Shown here: piece by piece, positions 1 through 10,932 of the stretch | Layout: every line of letters begins with the position of its first letter | Numbering within the stretch: the first letter of the stretch is position 1 | DNA from: Peribolospora baueri | Lineage: Eukaryota | Direction of reading: 5' to 3' | Length of the DNA stretch: 64,000 nt | NCBI GenBank assembly: GCA_029717555.1 | Contig: JAMDHS010000007.1 | Location: forward strand, 1-64,000 | Notes under the pieces: model-generated | What the model was told of the DNA's origin: nothing | Seen by the model: only the letters and a program-made list of their open reading frames with translations | Database searches by the model: none | Program-made: the position numbers and the translations under genes

Positions 1-587
1 TGGGCTCCTGGCGTATACCCCGGCAGCCTTCCGTGGTTCGGGTCGTTCTGGCTGTACCCCGGAGGGTTAGCGTTAACCTGTTCCTTGGGTACATAAGTGG
101 GCCCATTAGGCCCATTCCCGGTGAAGTACCCAGGTTTGTCCTTGCTCAACCCAAGCCAGCTGCTCAAACCAGGATTGCGCGCAGCCAGCCAAACCGCTTC
201 ATCCCCGACCACGTCCCGCGCCGAGTGTCCATTCCCGCTGTTTCCCCCATGTTGTCCCAGAAGGTTGCCCACATCTTGCAGCGGCGGCGTAGGTGGACGG
301 TTGTTCCCTAGCGTATACCCCGGCAGACTTCCGTGGTTCGGGTCGTTCTGGCTGTACCCCGGAGGGTCAGGGTTAAACTGTTCCTTGGGTACATAAGTGG
401 GCCCATTCGCCCCATTCCCGGTGAAGTGCCCAGGTCTGTCGTTGCTCCCCCAAGGAGGATTGCGCGCAGCCAGCGATGCCACTTCATCCGCCACCACGTC
501 TCGCTCCCACTCCCTCGTCCCTATCGGCAGAGCAGACGCCGCGCCAGTGACTGCCACCGCGAGGATGAACGACTTGACGAGCTGCAT
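1..587 (-). CDS. Secreted tandem-repeat protein (signal peptide plus ~100-aa repeats), 3'-partial
   Basis: Stop-free minus frame from ATG 587 off the window edge: MQLVKSFILAVAVTGAASALPIGTREWERDVVADEVASLAARNPPWGSNDRPGHFTGNGANGPTYVPKEQFNPDPPGYSQNDPNHGSLPGYT...SARDVVGDEAVWLAARNPGLSSWLGLSKDKPGYFTGNGPNGPTYVPKEQVNANPPGYSQNDPNHGRLPGYTPGA. Signal-peptide-like N-terminus; 300-nt repeat period. Confidence 0.85.
   Translation of the reverse strand, partial: MQLVKSFILAVAVTGAASALPIGTREWERDVVADEVASLAARNPPWGSNDRPGHFTGNGANGPTYVPKEQFNPDPPGYSQNDPNHGSLPGYTLGNNRPPTPPLQDVGNLLGQHGGNSGNGHSARDVVGDEAVWLAARNPGLSSWLGLSKDKPGYFTGNGPNGPTYVPKEQVNANPPGYSQNDPNHGRLPGYTPGA
11..500. repeat. Intragenic direct repeat, ~300-nt period, two copies visible
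   Basis: 11-140 is nearly identical to 311-440; ~173-215 resembles ~461-500. Confidence 0.95.
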
Positions 588-2451
588 CCTTTAGACCACG
601 TGATAAATCGTGAGGGGAAGAGGTGTTTCGGAAAAAGAGTGACCGGCACTCGAAGCAAAACAGGACGAAGGATAGAAGAGGTAGACCAACGCGTCCTGCG
701 CAAGTAGAAGAGGAAGAGAGATGATGAGAAAAGAGGATGAGAAGAACGCAACAACGAACGCCGGTCGTCTCGCCTTTTATGCTTGTCAGCATGACCCCAA
801 CCTTACGAAATCAGAATAGCCCTCTTGAACTCATCCCCGTCGGCCACAATCTGCCGGTCCGAGGCGGCGAGTGCGTCACGAGCGTTGTGACCTGGCAAGC
901 GCATTCTGAAGGCGAACGCCTGCTGCGCAAATCCGCGTGACGAGTCAGCCCACTGCCACACATCGACGCAGCCCCCCCCCGGCCCACAAGGTTCACGCCA
1001 GCAGCCTGTCCTGCGAGTCGACAAGGTCAGTACAGACGAACGGCTGTGCGGATCAAAGATGGCAAGCAGCCCGACTCGGATCCGCGTCCTCCACGCGTTT
1101 TTTGTACGCCTTCTCTGCCGGCAATTTCGGCCACCTGCATCTCATATCTCTGCTGTGACTGCCTCTGGCTCATGCTCTTGCGCCCATCATCCTCGCCAGC
1201 CTCGCGTAGCGTTGACATAAGGAGGGAGTGCGACGGAACGGCTCTGATTGGCTTTCCCGACCTGACATGGCGCGCTCGTTCGAACTGTGCCTGTGTCCGT
1301 CCAGTGTGGGGCTCGCGCGGAACCCCAGGTAGTGAAGTTACCCGTCCGCTCGCAGTCCAGGTTAGAATCGCCACTCCGTCCTGATTTGCCAATCGGTCAT
1401 TGCCCCGCTTAATATTCTCAAGGCAAGTATCTGTCTCAACAGTCTTGGTGACACGCCAGCGACTGTACAACGAATCTTCGATACTATTCGTTCATGGTTC
1501 TGAATCTAGCCGCTTTTGCACTGCGACCAAGCAGTCGTACAGAATCAGAGTGACATCGACCACGCTGGCTGTGTTGGACTCCACGCGGTTGGGGGCGCAG
1601 GGAAGGAGGGCGCCGCTCGTGCCAGGCGCCCGGCAAGCGGCCAATCTCCGGCGGACGCCGGATCTTTTCTTCAAATGTCCCGTACGGGTCAAGAGGCCGT
1701 CGGTACGGTATGGTGAGACAGCTCCTTGTTTGCAACCAGCGCTTTTGGACGTAACCACCGTAGACAGGCCGACCACAGTCAAGCCGGGCTCTGCTGAGCG
1801 GGGACGAGGGTAGATGATGTTGGTATTGATAACGACGGGACCCGCAGATAGCGAGCGGTGTTATGACTATGATATGCTGCGGCTCCGCTCCTTTCTCGGT
1901 TCTAGTATCGCGATCTGGCGTAACGTAACTAGTTGTTCTCTAGCAACAAATCGTTAATATCCATCCAAAACCATCCACTCGGGCATTTACGATCAGAGTA
2001 CAGGCAACACGTCCGGCTCGGGTTCGGCTGCGGCCACCCAAATTCCCGTGCCTGACGCTTTCGCGAGGTGAGATCTGGTTTTTCCCATCGTCGAGAAGGG
2101 TCAAACGGCCATAAATATACATGCTGGGAAACCACGAGGGCCAACCGGAGAGGCGTGCGCACAATAGGGAATGCGAAAGATAGTGGGCCGCGGGCGGCAA
2201 ACAATGGAGTAGAAATAAGAGGACATTGGAGAAGTGGGTTTTCGGAATTAATTCGGAGGAAAGCGGCATTCCGAGTCTCATACGTCGCAAGATCCAACTC
2301 CGTTCAAAATGTCCAGGCCAACCGCATAACGGCGGGCAACTTGGATTTGACAGTGACAATCAAGGACACGAGAGCCTGTGACGCTCGCGTCCGTTCATGA
2401 TCCCTTTGAAAAGCGGTGGAGGGTTGAGCATCGCTCTTTTGTTAAGTTGTC

Positions 2452-2546
2452 TGTCAGGGAGGACTTCCCTACTCAGGTCGGGTCACGAGCGAGTGTCAGG
2501 GAGGACTTCCCTACTCAGGTCGGGTCACGACTTCCCTACTCAGGTT
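2452..2546. repeat. Tandem repeat containing GACTTCCCTACTCAGGT x3 (main unit ~42 nt)
   Basis: tgtcagggaggacttccctactcaggtcgggtcacga occurs twice, followed by a third partial copy. Confidence 0.9.
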
Positions 2547-2757
2547 GTCGGGTGGCAAGGCAGGAGGAACAGGAGGGGTTGCACCAGGAGTCGGCACCGA
2601 ACCGAGGCAGGAGGAGGAAAGAGAGCAAGGAAGCAGAGAGGCAAGACAAGACTCAAGGACCTGAGCGGTGACAAAAGTATTCTTAGCTTGGGGAGGAAAG
2701 ATGTGACGCCCTGTCGGGCTCTCTTTATATACACGTTCATGAACCGGTGCAGCACCG

Positions 2758-2825
2758 TAGCTCCTATGTTCTACCTCGCAACGTCATAGCTCCTATGATC
2801 TAATCCTCGCAACGTCACAGCTCCT
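2758..2825. repeat. Tandem repeat, ~29-31-nt unit
   Basis: tagctcctatgttctacctcgcaacgtca / tagctcctatgatctaatcctcgcaacgtca / cagctcct. Confidence 0.85.
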
Positions 2826-4062
2826 TTGTCCGAGCCTATGAGCACAAGGTTCTGCGGAGGTTTGTGACAGTTGCGGTGGTCGTGCCCTGCATGAATAGAA
2901 TGGCGGAGGTGAGCTACACGGTAGCGTGCACTTGTTGCCTGCTACCGTCGACGCGCGTGTCACTCGGTCCCGCGTGGCATGTTCCCATTTTCTAGTTTGC
3001 GGGCCTTGCCGGCGCGTGCCAGAAGATGTGGAAGCAGAGCTGGCGGGCCCGGCGAGCGAGGTGGGGTGCGTGGGAGGGCGTGGCGGTGTAAGGAAGGAAG
3101 CTAGACGTCGGGGAAAAGGGAGGTGGGGTGAGAAGCGGAGGTGCGTCTGTCAGTTGACAGCCAGCTCGAGACGCGGCCGACGGCGCGCCCATTACGGCGA
3201 CGAGGGGGTGTCCTTTACGCGCCGTGCCCAAGCCGAGTAGACAGACGAATGCCAAGAGGCTGTGCGACCGCAGGCGTCCCGTGCGGTGACGTCGCCCGTC
3301 CCACGAACCGCAGCGTGCGCTCTGATGCCGTCGGGGCTATCAGCTGTGTTGGCGTACAGGAACAGGAAAAAAAAACAAAAGCGTCCGCGCTGGAAAAGGG
3401 CCGGCGTCGTGCGCGTGGGACTCGAGAACGCCGATGCAGACTAGACCGACAGCCATACCCGTGGGGCAGTCCGTGCGCGACGTTGACGCTGGTTGACCAA
3501 ACTCGTGGGTCGGTGGACGTAATTCGTGGGTTCGCGGGACAGACAACGAAGGAAGGGCAGGCCTGGCCTTCTTCGTCGGCTCGCCGTCCGTCGTGTGCTC
3601 ACCGCGCGCACTCGTAAACGTTTGCCTCGCCTTCCCTTTGCCTTTGCCTCCCCTTTGTCTCCCCTCGCTGCCAGGGCCAGGCGCGCCTCGAGTTTCCAGG
3701 GTAGACCTCCGCAGGCCGCATCGACGGACAGCCAGCCCGCAAGCCAAGGCCAGGGCCAGGGCAGATGGTGCTCGCCCCGTCGTCGACTAGGACGGGGACT
3801 GGCGGCAGCTTAGATAGCGCGAGCCCCGCGCACCACCTTAGCCACTCACACCTCCCTGTCGCGCCTTCTGCCTCGGCCTATCACACGTCGCCCTGCCTCA
3901 AAAGAAGAGGCGAGGCCTGCCCTGCCGTTGGCCGTTCGCTATTTTGTCCGCCCTTTTATCTTCCCTTTGCTTCCTTTCTCCCCTTCTTTTCCCTCTTCCT
4001 TCCCCCCTCTCATCCCTCCCTCTCTTCTCCCCCTTCCACCCATCTCATCCCCGTCCCCCACC

Positions 4063-5902
4063 ATGCTCGACCTCAATCCCGCCTTGGCCACCGATAACGG
4101 CGTCGTCTACAATTATGTCAAGTTTCAGATCACCCTCTGGTGCGCCGTCACCCTCTTCGCATGGGAGTGGATCACCCTCCTCGTGAGTGCGGTGCAAATA
4201 CGTCGCCGTCGCAAGGCCAGCGACCGCCCTCGCAAGGCCACCCAGCGCCCTCGCACCGATGCTGATCCTCACCGTCTTCGCTCCTAGCCCGACGAGATCA
4301 TGTTGTGGAGGGGGAAAAAGTCGTACGCCGTCTGGGCTCTTCTCGTCGCCCGCTATGTAACCGCCGGTGGCCTCGTCACCATCGCCGTCTTTTTATACGG
4401 TCGCCCACCCAGCTGCCAAACCGCTTTGTATATGGTCTACGTCTTGTACGCTTTCAGCACGGTAAGCACCCCACTGTTCTGTATATCAACGACAGGCGCA
4501 TTTATCCTCACCTTTCCCCGTCCAGATCTGCATCGCCCTCGTCTTCGTCGGCCGCACAATCGCCATCTGCTCGCCCGGCAAGAAAACGCGCATCTTTATC
4601 TACTCCGCCTACGGCGTCGTCTGCGCCGCCTGGATCGCGTCGATCAGCGGATGTACGTCTCCAGGTCTCTCTTGGACATCAGACCCGCTCAGCTCTCATC
4701 ATCGCTCCCTCATCTCCAGTCCGCAGTGCCGACCTGCCGATCTCTTTTATGGGTGCAAAGTGAGTCTTCTCTGACCCTTGCCCTTGTGTATATGCCCCCT
4801 TCCTCGCTCCTCATCCAACGTCATCCGCCATATTTCCCGTTACCAGGTGCACGACCGCTACTCTTGGCGACTGGAGGGTCACCGGGTGGATCAGCACCAT
4901 GTGAGTCACCTTGTTCCCATGTCCGCGGTCCTCGCTCCTGACACCGCATCCCTTCTCCATCCAGGCTCTTCGACTTTACCATTCTCGGCCTGTGAGCGTC
5001 CCTGTATGCCACGATCGACACGTCCACCTACTGACCCTTTCCGCCCTCCTTCGCCCTGCCCTTCATTTCCTCCCCCACCCAAGGACCCTGACCAAGCTGC
5101 GCACCCTCCGCACCGATAAACGCGCCAGCGGCACTACGGCGACTAGCAATAACAGCATCATCGCCTTTATCAAAGAGTCCTCCCTCCTCTACTTTATCGG
5201 CGTCACTTCGGCCAATTTGTCCATGACCATCGTCGATCTCGTTACCAGCGGCGATTATGTGAGTTTGGCGGACGGGGAGGCGTTGCTATGATCGCAAGCG
5301 GCCGCGTTGACCACTTCCCCTTTCGCGTCCCCCACGGTCGCATTCACACGTGCCCTCCTTTCCAGAACCCGATTATGTCTGTCCCCATCGCTTTCGTCTT
5401 CCAAGAGGTTGTCTGTGCCAGGCTCGTGTTCGCCATGCGCAAGTACGGTCGCCTGAGCGTGTTGCCATCTCACATTACCGGCTCGCGCTCCGACGCTTCC
5501 GCCTTTGGCAGCCGCCGTAGGCGTAACGAGAGCGACTACGCTACCGGTTTCATGCAGTACAGCTCCGTCGTCAGCCGCTCCGACTCTACGGGAGGCCAGC
5601 TGTCCAACATCGCGAACAAGATCGACCGGGAATGGAACAGGACCTCAGTGTCTAGCCCCCCGCCGGCGGCGTCTAGTCCGCAGGGGACGCTGCCGTCGAA
5701 CTACCGGCTCTCCTCTGGTCCCGATTTGCCCATCTCCATGCCCATGGCGGCGTTGATGAGCGTGAAAGTGAACAAGAACCCGGACCCCGTCCCCACCGTC
5801 GCCATTGGCCACGGCACGAACGCCCAGAACGGCAGCCTGGAGAGCAGCCAGGAAGAGGAGAAGGAAGAGCTCGTTCACAGAGCCTACTTTACCGGCGCCT
5901 AA
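4063..5902 (+). CDS. Multi-pass membrane protein, DUF6533-like basidiomycete family; multi-exon with micro-exons
   Basis: Spliced reading MLDLNPALATDNG...VTLFAWEWITLL|PDEIMLWRGKKSYAVWALLVARY...|ICIALVFVGRTIAI... resembles the DUF6533 W/Y..TL.DE...W...RY pattern. Several hydrophobic segments, Ser-rich tail, TAA at 5900-5902. Confidence 0.75.
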
Positions 5903-6822
5903 CCACCCTCGCGCCCGTCTTTAGCCTCACCGGCTTTGTGCCCTCGTCGCCGTTTGCGCTCCTCTCGCCGGACGCGCAAGTCGAACAGGCTTAAAAGCGT
6001 CTCGGATTTACGAACGATCGAAGCAGTCTTTGATGAACGATTAGTTAGCAATGGCTCTTGTCTTATCCTAACCCCGCCACTACGTCTTATCTCCCTTCGT
6101 CTGCGCCCTACCATTGGTTTCCCTTTAAGGGCGCCCGCGTTTGTTTCGTTTGTTTGTTTGTTTGTTTTCAATCCGTACTGTGAGCTGGGCGCAATCATGT
6201 ATCCCTATCCTAATCTCACCGCAATATCTCAACTCGCCATTTCCCATCCGACCTTGCCGGCAGTGTGCGAAGGCCTGGTGTGCAGAATAGCTAGCGGCCG
6301 GTTCAATGGCTGGGAGCGAATCAGCCAAACGGCCACACGTTGGGTAGTCGTCTATCTCTGTGCCGCTCGCTGCAGGGACAGGTGGCCCCAGGTACGGGTC
6401 TTGCGAGAGGACGATGAGATTCGCGGTCAATGAGCGTCCGAATCAGCCTGGGACTTTGTCGATACGGTCAACATGAACAGCGGTCAATGGCTAGGACGAT
6501 GGAAGTGAACTCTTGCGTATCATTAGCAAGGTCGCGCGCGGCCAACGGATGGAGAGAACCCACTTGGAGCACCGATGATGGCCTCCGCTTGATCGAGTGC
6601 TCGGTGTCGGGAGCAAGACAGCATCCGATCAGACCGACAACGACCGTCGGTGCACAAAGAAACTGCATTCGTGCTGTAGCCAAAATTTCGCTGCGGTAAG
6701 TACGGGCCGACCACCGTCTTTCGGCGTCTAACGCCGGTGATCGATCTCCATTTCGTAGAACGCGTCAGCTTGACGGTCTGTGGGAGAGGAACGTTGACGA
6801 CCGACCAAACAAACCTTCAATC

Positions 6823-8309
6823 ATGCCGTCCGATAGAAGACACCGTCACCGTTCTCGCTCCCCGTCCCTGCGCGATGACAAAAATCGCGAGCGCCGCTCC
6901 TTGCAACGTCGCTCTTCCGTCTCCCCAGGTCCACACGCGAAGCATCCCCGGCTAGGACAACTTGGCCAGGAGGAGATCTCGGAGGAGGACTACTTCCAAA
7001 AGTCCGCAGAGTTCAAAGCCTGGTTGAGGGATCAGAAGGGAAAGTACATGGACGAGCTCACCGGGGAGGAGGCAAGGAAGTACTTTGCCAAGTTTGTCAA
7101 AGCCTGGAATCGGGGAAAACTGGACGGTGAGCATGCCGTGCCGTGCCGTGCGCGTTCCCGTACCTCCCCTGCAATCGAGAGTGGGCGGGAACTGGAGGCA
7201 AGCCCTTGTCGTCTTCCACCGTTAGCTAGATGGGAATACCTGATTCTCATTCTTTCACTGTGCGTGAATTTCAATTCCATCAGACATATATTACGCCGCC
7301 CCCCGCCTGACGGCCCCCTCCTCAGCCCAGACTGGGTACAAATGGAAGATCAACGTGTCACAAGATGAGCTGGACTCGATCCGGGATTCCGTCGATGTTG
7401 CCACCAACGCTCAAGGTAGGGGTGCTGAGGAAGCGAGACGGCCCATTGCGGCACGAAAGCGCCGGGCGGATCCAGAGGACGAGGGCGAGATGGTGGGACC
7501 ACCCGGGCCCCGCCAAGGACCAAGTCGCGGCCCACCTGGGTCAGGCAGCAACGCGGCGCCGCTAGGGAGAAGAGGGAGGGACGAGAGCGGCCTGACAGAG
7601 GCAGATAGGGTACTGGCTAGAGAGGAGGAGGAGGAAAGAAGGAGGGCGGAGGGTAGGGATCGGAGACGGAAAGAAAGGAGAGATGAGAAGGAGAGGTTGG
7701 ACGAGCTGGCGCCTAAGGCTACAGGGAGGGAGGTGAGCAATTTCATCTGCGTCGGGTGCGTGGTTCTTAGAAAGAGAACACGCGAGCTCATCTGATTCGT
7801 TCTGACATTGGCCACCCTGCTCTCGACCGCACGACCGTTTGCAGGCGGTGATAGAACGAAGAAGGGAGAAAAACGCCGTCAACAGAGAGCTCAGGGACCG
7901 CTCTCCCGGCGGCCTCGAGATGGACGACGACGACCTCTTGGGCGGCGGAGGATCTTTTCAGACCGCGTGAGTTATCTCGGCCTGGTCTCCGTTGTCTCTT
8001 CAACTTGATTTAACTCGACGTTCCCGCTAACTGTCTTCTTCACTGGCTTTCGGCCTTCGCGTCGCACACCATACATCCCGTCCTCCATTCACTCTGTCAC
8101 TTCGGATTCGCAGTCTTGCCGCTCGTCAAACTTCAAACGCACGACGCTTTCAGTCCCGCAGGGATACTAGGGCAGCACGACAAGAGGCTCGCCAGGCGGA
8201 GACGAGGGACAAGCTCGCTGCACATAGAGAAAAGGAGGCAGCTACGATGGCTATGCTCAAGGGGCTAGCTGACGCTAGGTTCGGCGGCGGCAATGGTGGT
8301 GGAGCATGA
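6823..8309 (+). CDS. Conserved RS/RE-rich nuclear protein, SCI1 (style cell-cycle inhibitor 1)-like
   Basis: ISEEDYFQKSAEFKAWLRDQKGKYMDELTGEEARKYFAKFVKAWNRGKLD; later ERLDELAPKATGRE and MAMLKGLADARFGG...*; three GT-AG introns. Confidence 0.75.
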
Positions 8310-8771
8310 GGTTTGTCGTAGCCTCAGCTGGACGGTCAACTAGCCCGCTAAAAGATTGTACGCGCCCCGTTTCATTCCACGTCATCGTCGTCCTACGCTG
8401 TCGCTCTCGCCCTCATTCCAGCGGTCGGTATCAAGGTTGGTGAATTCGGGCGTTGCTATTAGTCCCCGGCCGTGCGTGTCGATGAGTACTCCACGAGCAC
8501 CTGCTTTCAAGGAAAGAGAGAGTGATAGACCCCCTGCAAAGCTTCGGGTGTCCTTTCAAATGACGGAGCTGAAGGGAGCCACCTCGTGGAACGATGTGAT
8601 GTGATTCTGAATGTTTACACGAACCACTACATATTTTTTCTCAAGGGCTCACTCAAGCAGGCCCGGCACAACGCGACCAAACGGGCACAAAAGTAACAGC
8701 ATTCTTTGAAGGTCTATTACCGACGATAGATGATTCGTGGTAGATGAGAGGAGGGCGAACGGAGGGATGGA

Positions 8772-8835
8772 GGAATGAAGAAGGATGGAAGGATGATGGA
8801 ATGAAGAAGGATGGAAGGATGATGGAATGAAGAAT
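8772..8835. repeat. 26-nt purine-rich tandem repeat
   Basis: ggaatgaagaaggatggaaggatgat twice plus a partial copy, downstream of eIF5A. Confidence 0.8.
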
Positions 8836-9409
8836 GGAGAAGAACGGCCAACTAGAGTTGACTGGACACCTCCAAGCGGAAGGCGAGCGGCGTGAGCGAT
8901 GCGACAGGGGCGGCGGGAAAGGAAAGGGAAGGAAGGAGGACGGTGTCGCAACAGGTCACGTCACATCATGTTAAAACATACAGGACAAGGAAGGAGGCAA
9001 CAATTCGGAAAAAGCGGAATGGATGTGAAGGGCCCAAAGGTGGGAGGGGAGACATGAAAAAAAAAATAGTTTTTTAATACTTTCGAAGACAGGCCAGACC
9101 CATGCTTGCGATGCGATCAGGCGGGGGCGATCGATCCTTACGCGCGGTACGGTGCAAAGGGGACGCGCGACCACCAAGGACACACTTTTGAACTGCTAGC
9201 TCGCCTCGCGCACGAATATGACGGCAATCTCCGGCTCCAACAGACCAGGGATGAAAGACCGCGTGGAAGGGTAAGAAAGATCGCCCGCCTAGGACGTATG
9301 CTGCATTGCCCAGTTGCCAACGAAAGCTCATCATCGAAGGGTGAAAGATGAAGGTGCAGGGCGGATGGGGTGGAAAGGGGAGCGGGATCGGGTAAGGATT
9401 GTGGCTCGA

Positions 9410-10537
9410 TCACTTGCCGCCAGTGGGGGCCTCCTTGAAGGAGACGGCCTGCTCCTCGCCCATGGCGCTAACAATGGTGATCATAAGATCCTTTCCATCC
9501 TCGAAGGCACTGTTGATCTGCTCGCCGAGCTCGTTGTCGGGGAGCTTGACGTCGTCCTTGGCACTGTTAGACGGGCAAAAAGGCGAGAACGTGAGTCGGA
9601 GATAGACAAACATTAAGAACATTGCGAGCTAACTGATATGTCCTAATACGCACCCTCCATCGGCCGTCATGAGGTTGAGGAAACCGTCGTCAATGTTGAC
9701 AAGCTGGTACTCGTCACGCTTAACGTGGGGAACTGAAACGTGAGGGACAGTGTTGAGCGATGATTAGCATTGGCAAAAGTCGGTCTCGAGCGCTCGACAC
9801 AGCTAACGAAGGCAACATGGCAGGTCTCTCACCATCCATGTTGTGAGTCGAGGGAGAGATGTCCTCGTACTTCTTCTGGGTGAAGATCTGTGTTTCACCA
9901 AGCGAAGCGAGCAGTGTCAGGAAAGGCGCCCTCCGAAGCGATCTTTACATCTGGTCTCTGGCAAAAAATAAGACGGGTCTCCTATGAACCCTCCGGAAAT
10001 ACTCACGTCAAGGGCGACCAAGTGAACCTTGGCGTGACCGTGCTTGCCGGTCTTGGAGGTCGACATATCGACAATCTGAAGAGAGACCGACGTCGGGGTT
10101 ATTCATCATGGAAAGGACGAATCGCTTTTCTTCTAACTCACCTTGCAGGGCCTGCCCTTGATGACGACGTGGCCGTTCTTGCGGAGGGCCGAGCACTGCA
10201 TGGGGTAGGTGAGCGAGGCGCCGGCCGCGCCGGAGTCGAAGTCGTGCTGGTGCTTCTCGTCGTCAGACTGCATGATGGCAGTGGCGGGAGGAGGAAGGGA
10301 AGGGGGCAAAAACAATATAGCGAATGGGAAAGAGCAAAAGAAGAGATAGGAGAGGGGAGAAGAAGGGCCGTGGTCAGAGGACAGGACGACGTCGGTCTAC
10401 TACCTCTACTACCACCATCTGAAAAACTTTTTCCCCTCCTTGGCAGTCATGCGAGGCGGGCGCTAAGACGCGCTCTCCGTCACGGCGCATTCGATCTGCA
10501 GGCCAGAAATGGGGATTCTCGCAGGAGGACTCACCAT
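9410..10537 (-). CDS. eIF5A: Eukaryotic translation initiation/elongation factor 5A
   Basis: [66 protein letters not shown] (hypusine motif)|[18 protein letters not shown]|...[20 protein letters not shown]. The first coding exon is only the ATG (10537-10535). Confidence 0.97.
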
Positions 10538-10932
10538 TTTGGCGAGTCGTTAAGGGGAAGTGGAGTAAATGTGAGGAGGTTGGAAGAAAGAAGAGGATGA
10601 GTCGGAGGAGATGGGGGGATGAGGAGCAGATTGGTTGAGAAGAGCTGGCGAGCGAAAAACGGGGCGCGGCAAAGCAACGCAAACGGAGACACCAGGTGAT
10701 ATGACCGCCTATTGCCGGCCCCCGCCGTCTCCAACCTCAAGCGCAAGTAGCTCTGCGGCACGTCTTGCACGCCGTCAACACGCCATCAACACGTCCGGCG
10801 CACGCTGCGGCTTCTTAAAGTCACGTGCCCCTCGCGTGGCCCGCGCATCGCGTTGATCGCCGTCTCCGCTCCGCCAATTCTCCCGATCGTTCCTCTCCAC
10901 CCTTCGAGCTGACGCCTATACGATCCCCTGTC

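Larger units (their letters stand above)
2377..2869 (-). mobile_element. Probable solo LTR of an LTR retrotransposon (right boundary 2819 or 2869)
   Basis: Starts TGTGACG (2377). CGTCACA (2813-2819) is its perfect inverted repeat; an alternative end TGTGACA lies at 2863-2869. Contains internal tandem repeats and a minus-strand GTATATAAAGAG TATA-like box near 2720-2732. No clean TSD. Confidence 0.5.

Noticed and set aside
33..707. Plus-strand repeated ORFs (MVRVVLAVPRR...)
   Set aside because: Antisense shadows of the minus-strand secreted repeat gene.
2452..2546. CRISPR-like repeats
   Set aside because: Tandem units without unique spacers, eukaryotic context, no cas genes.
9074..9412. Long in-frame extension after the eIF5A TGA (possible readthrough)
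   Set aside because: Stop context TGA-TCG is not a known readthrough motif, the extension has no targeting signal, and long open frames are common at this GC content.
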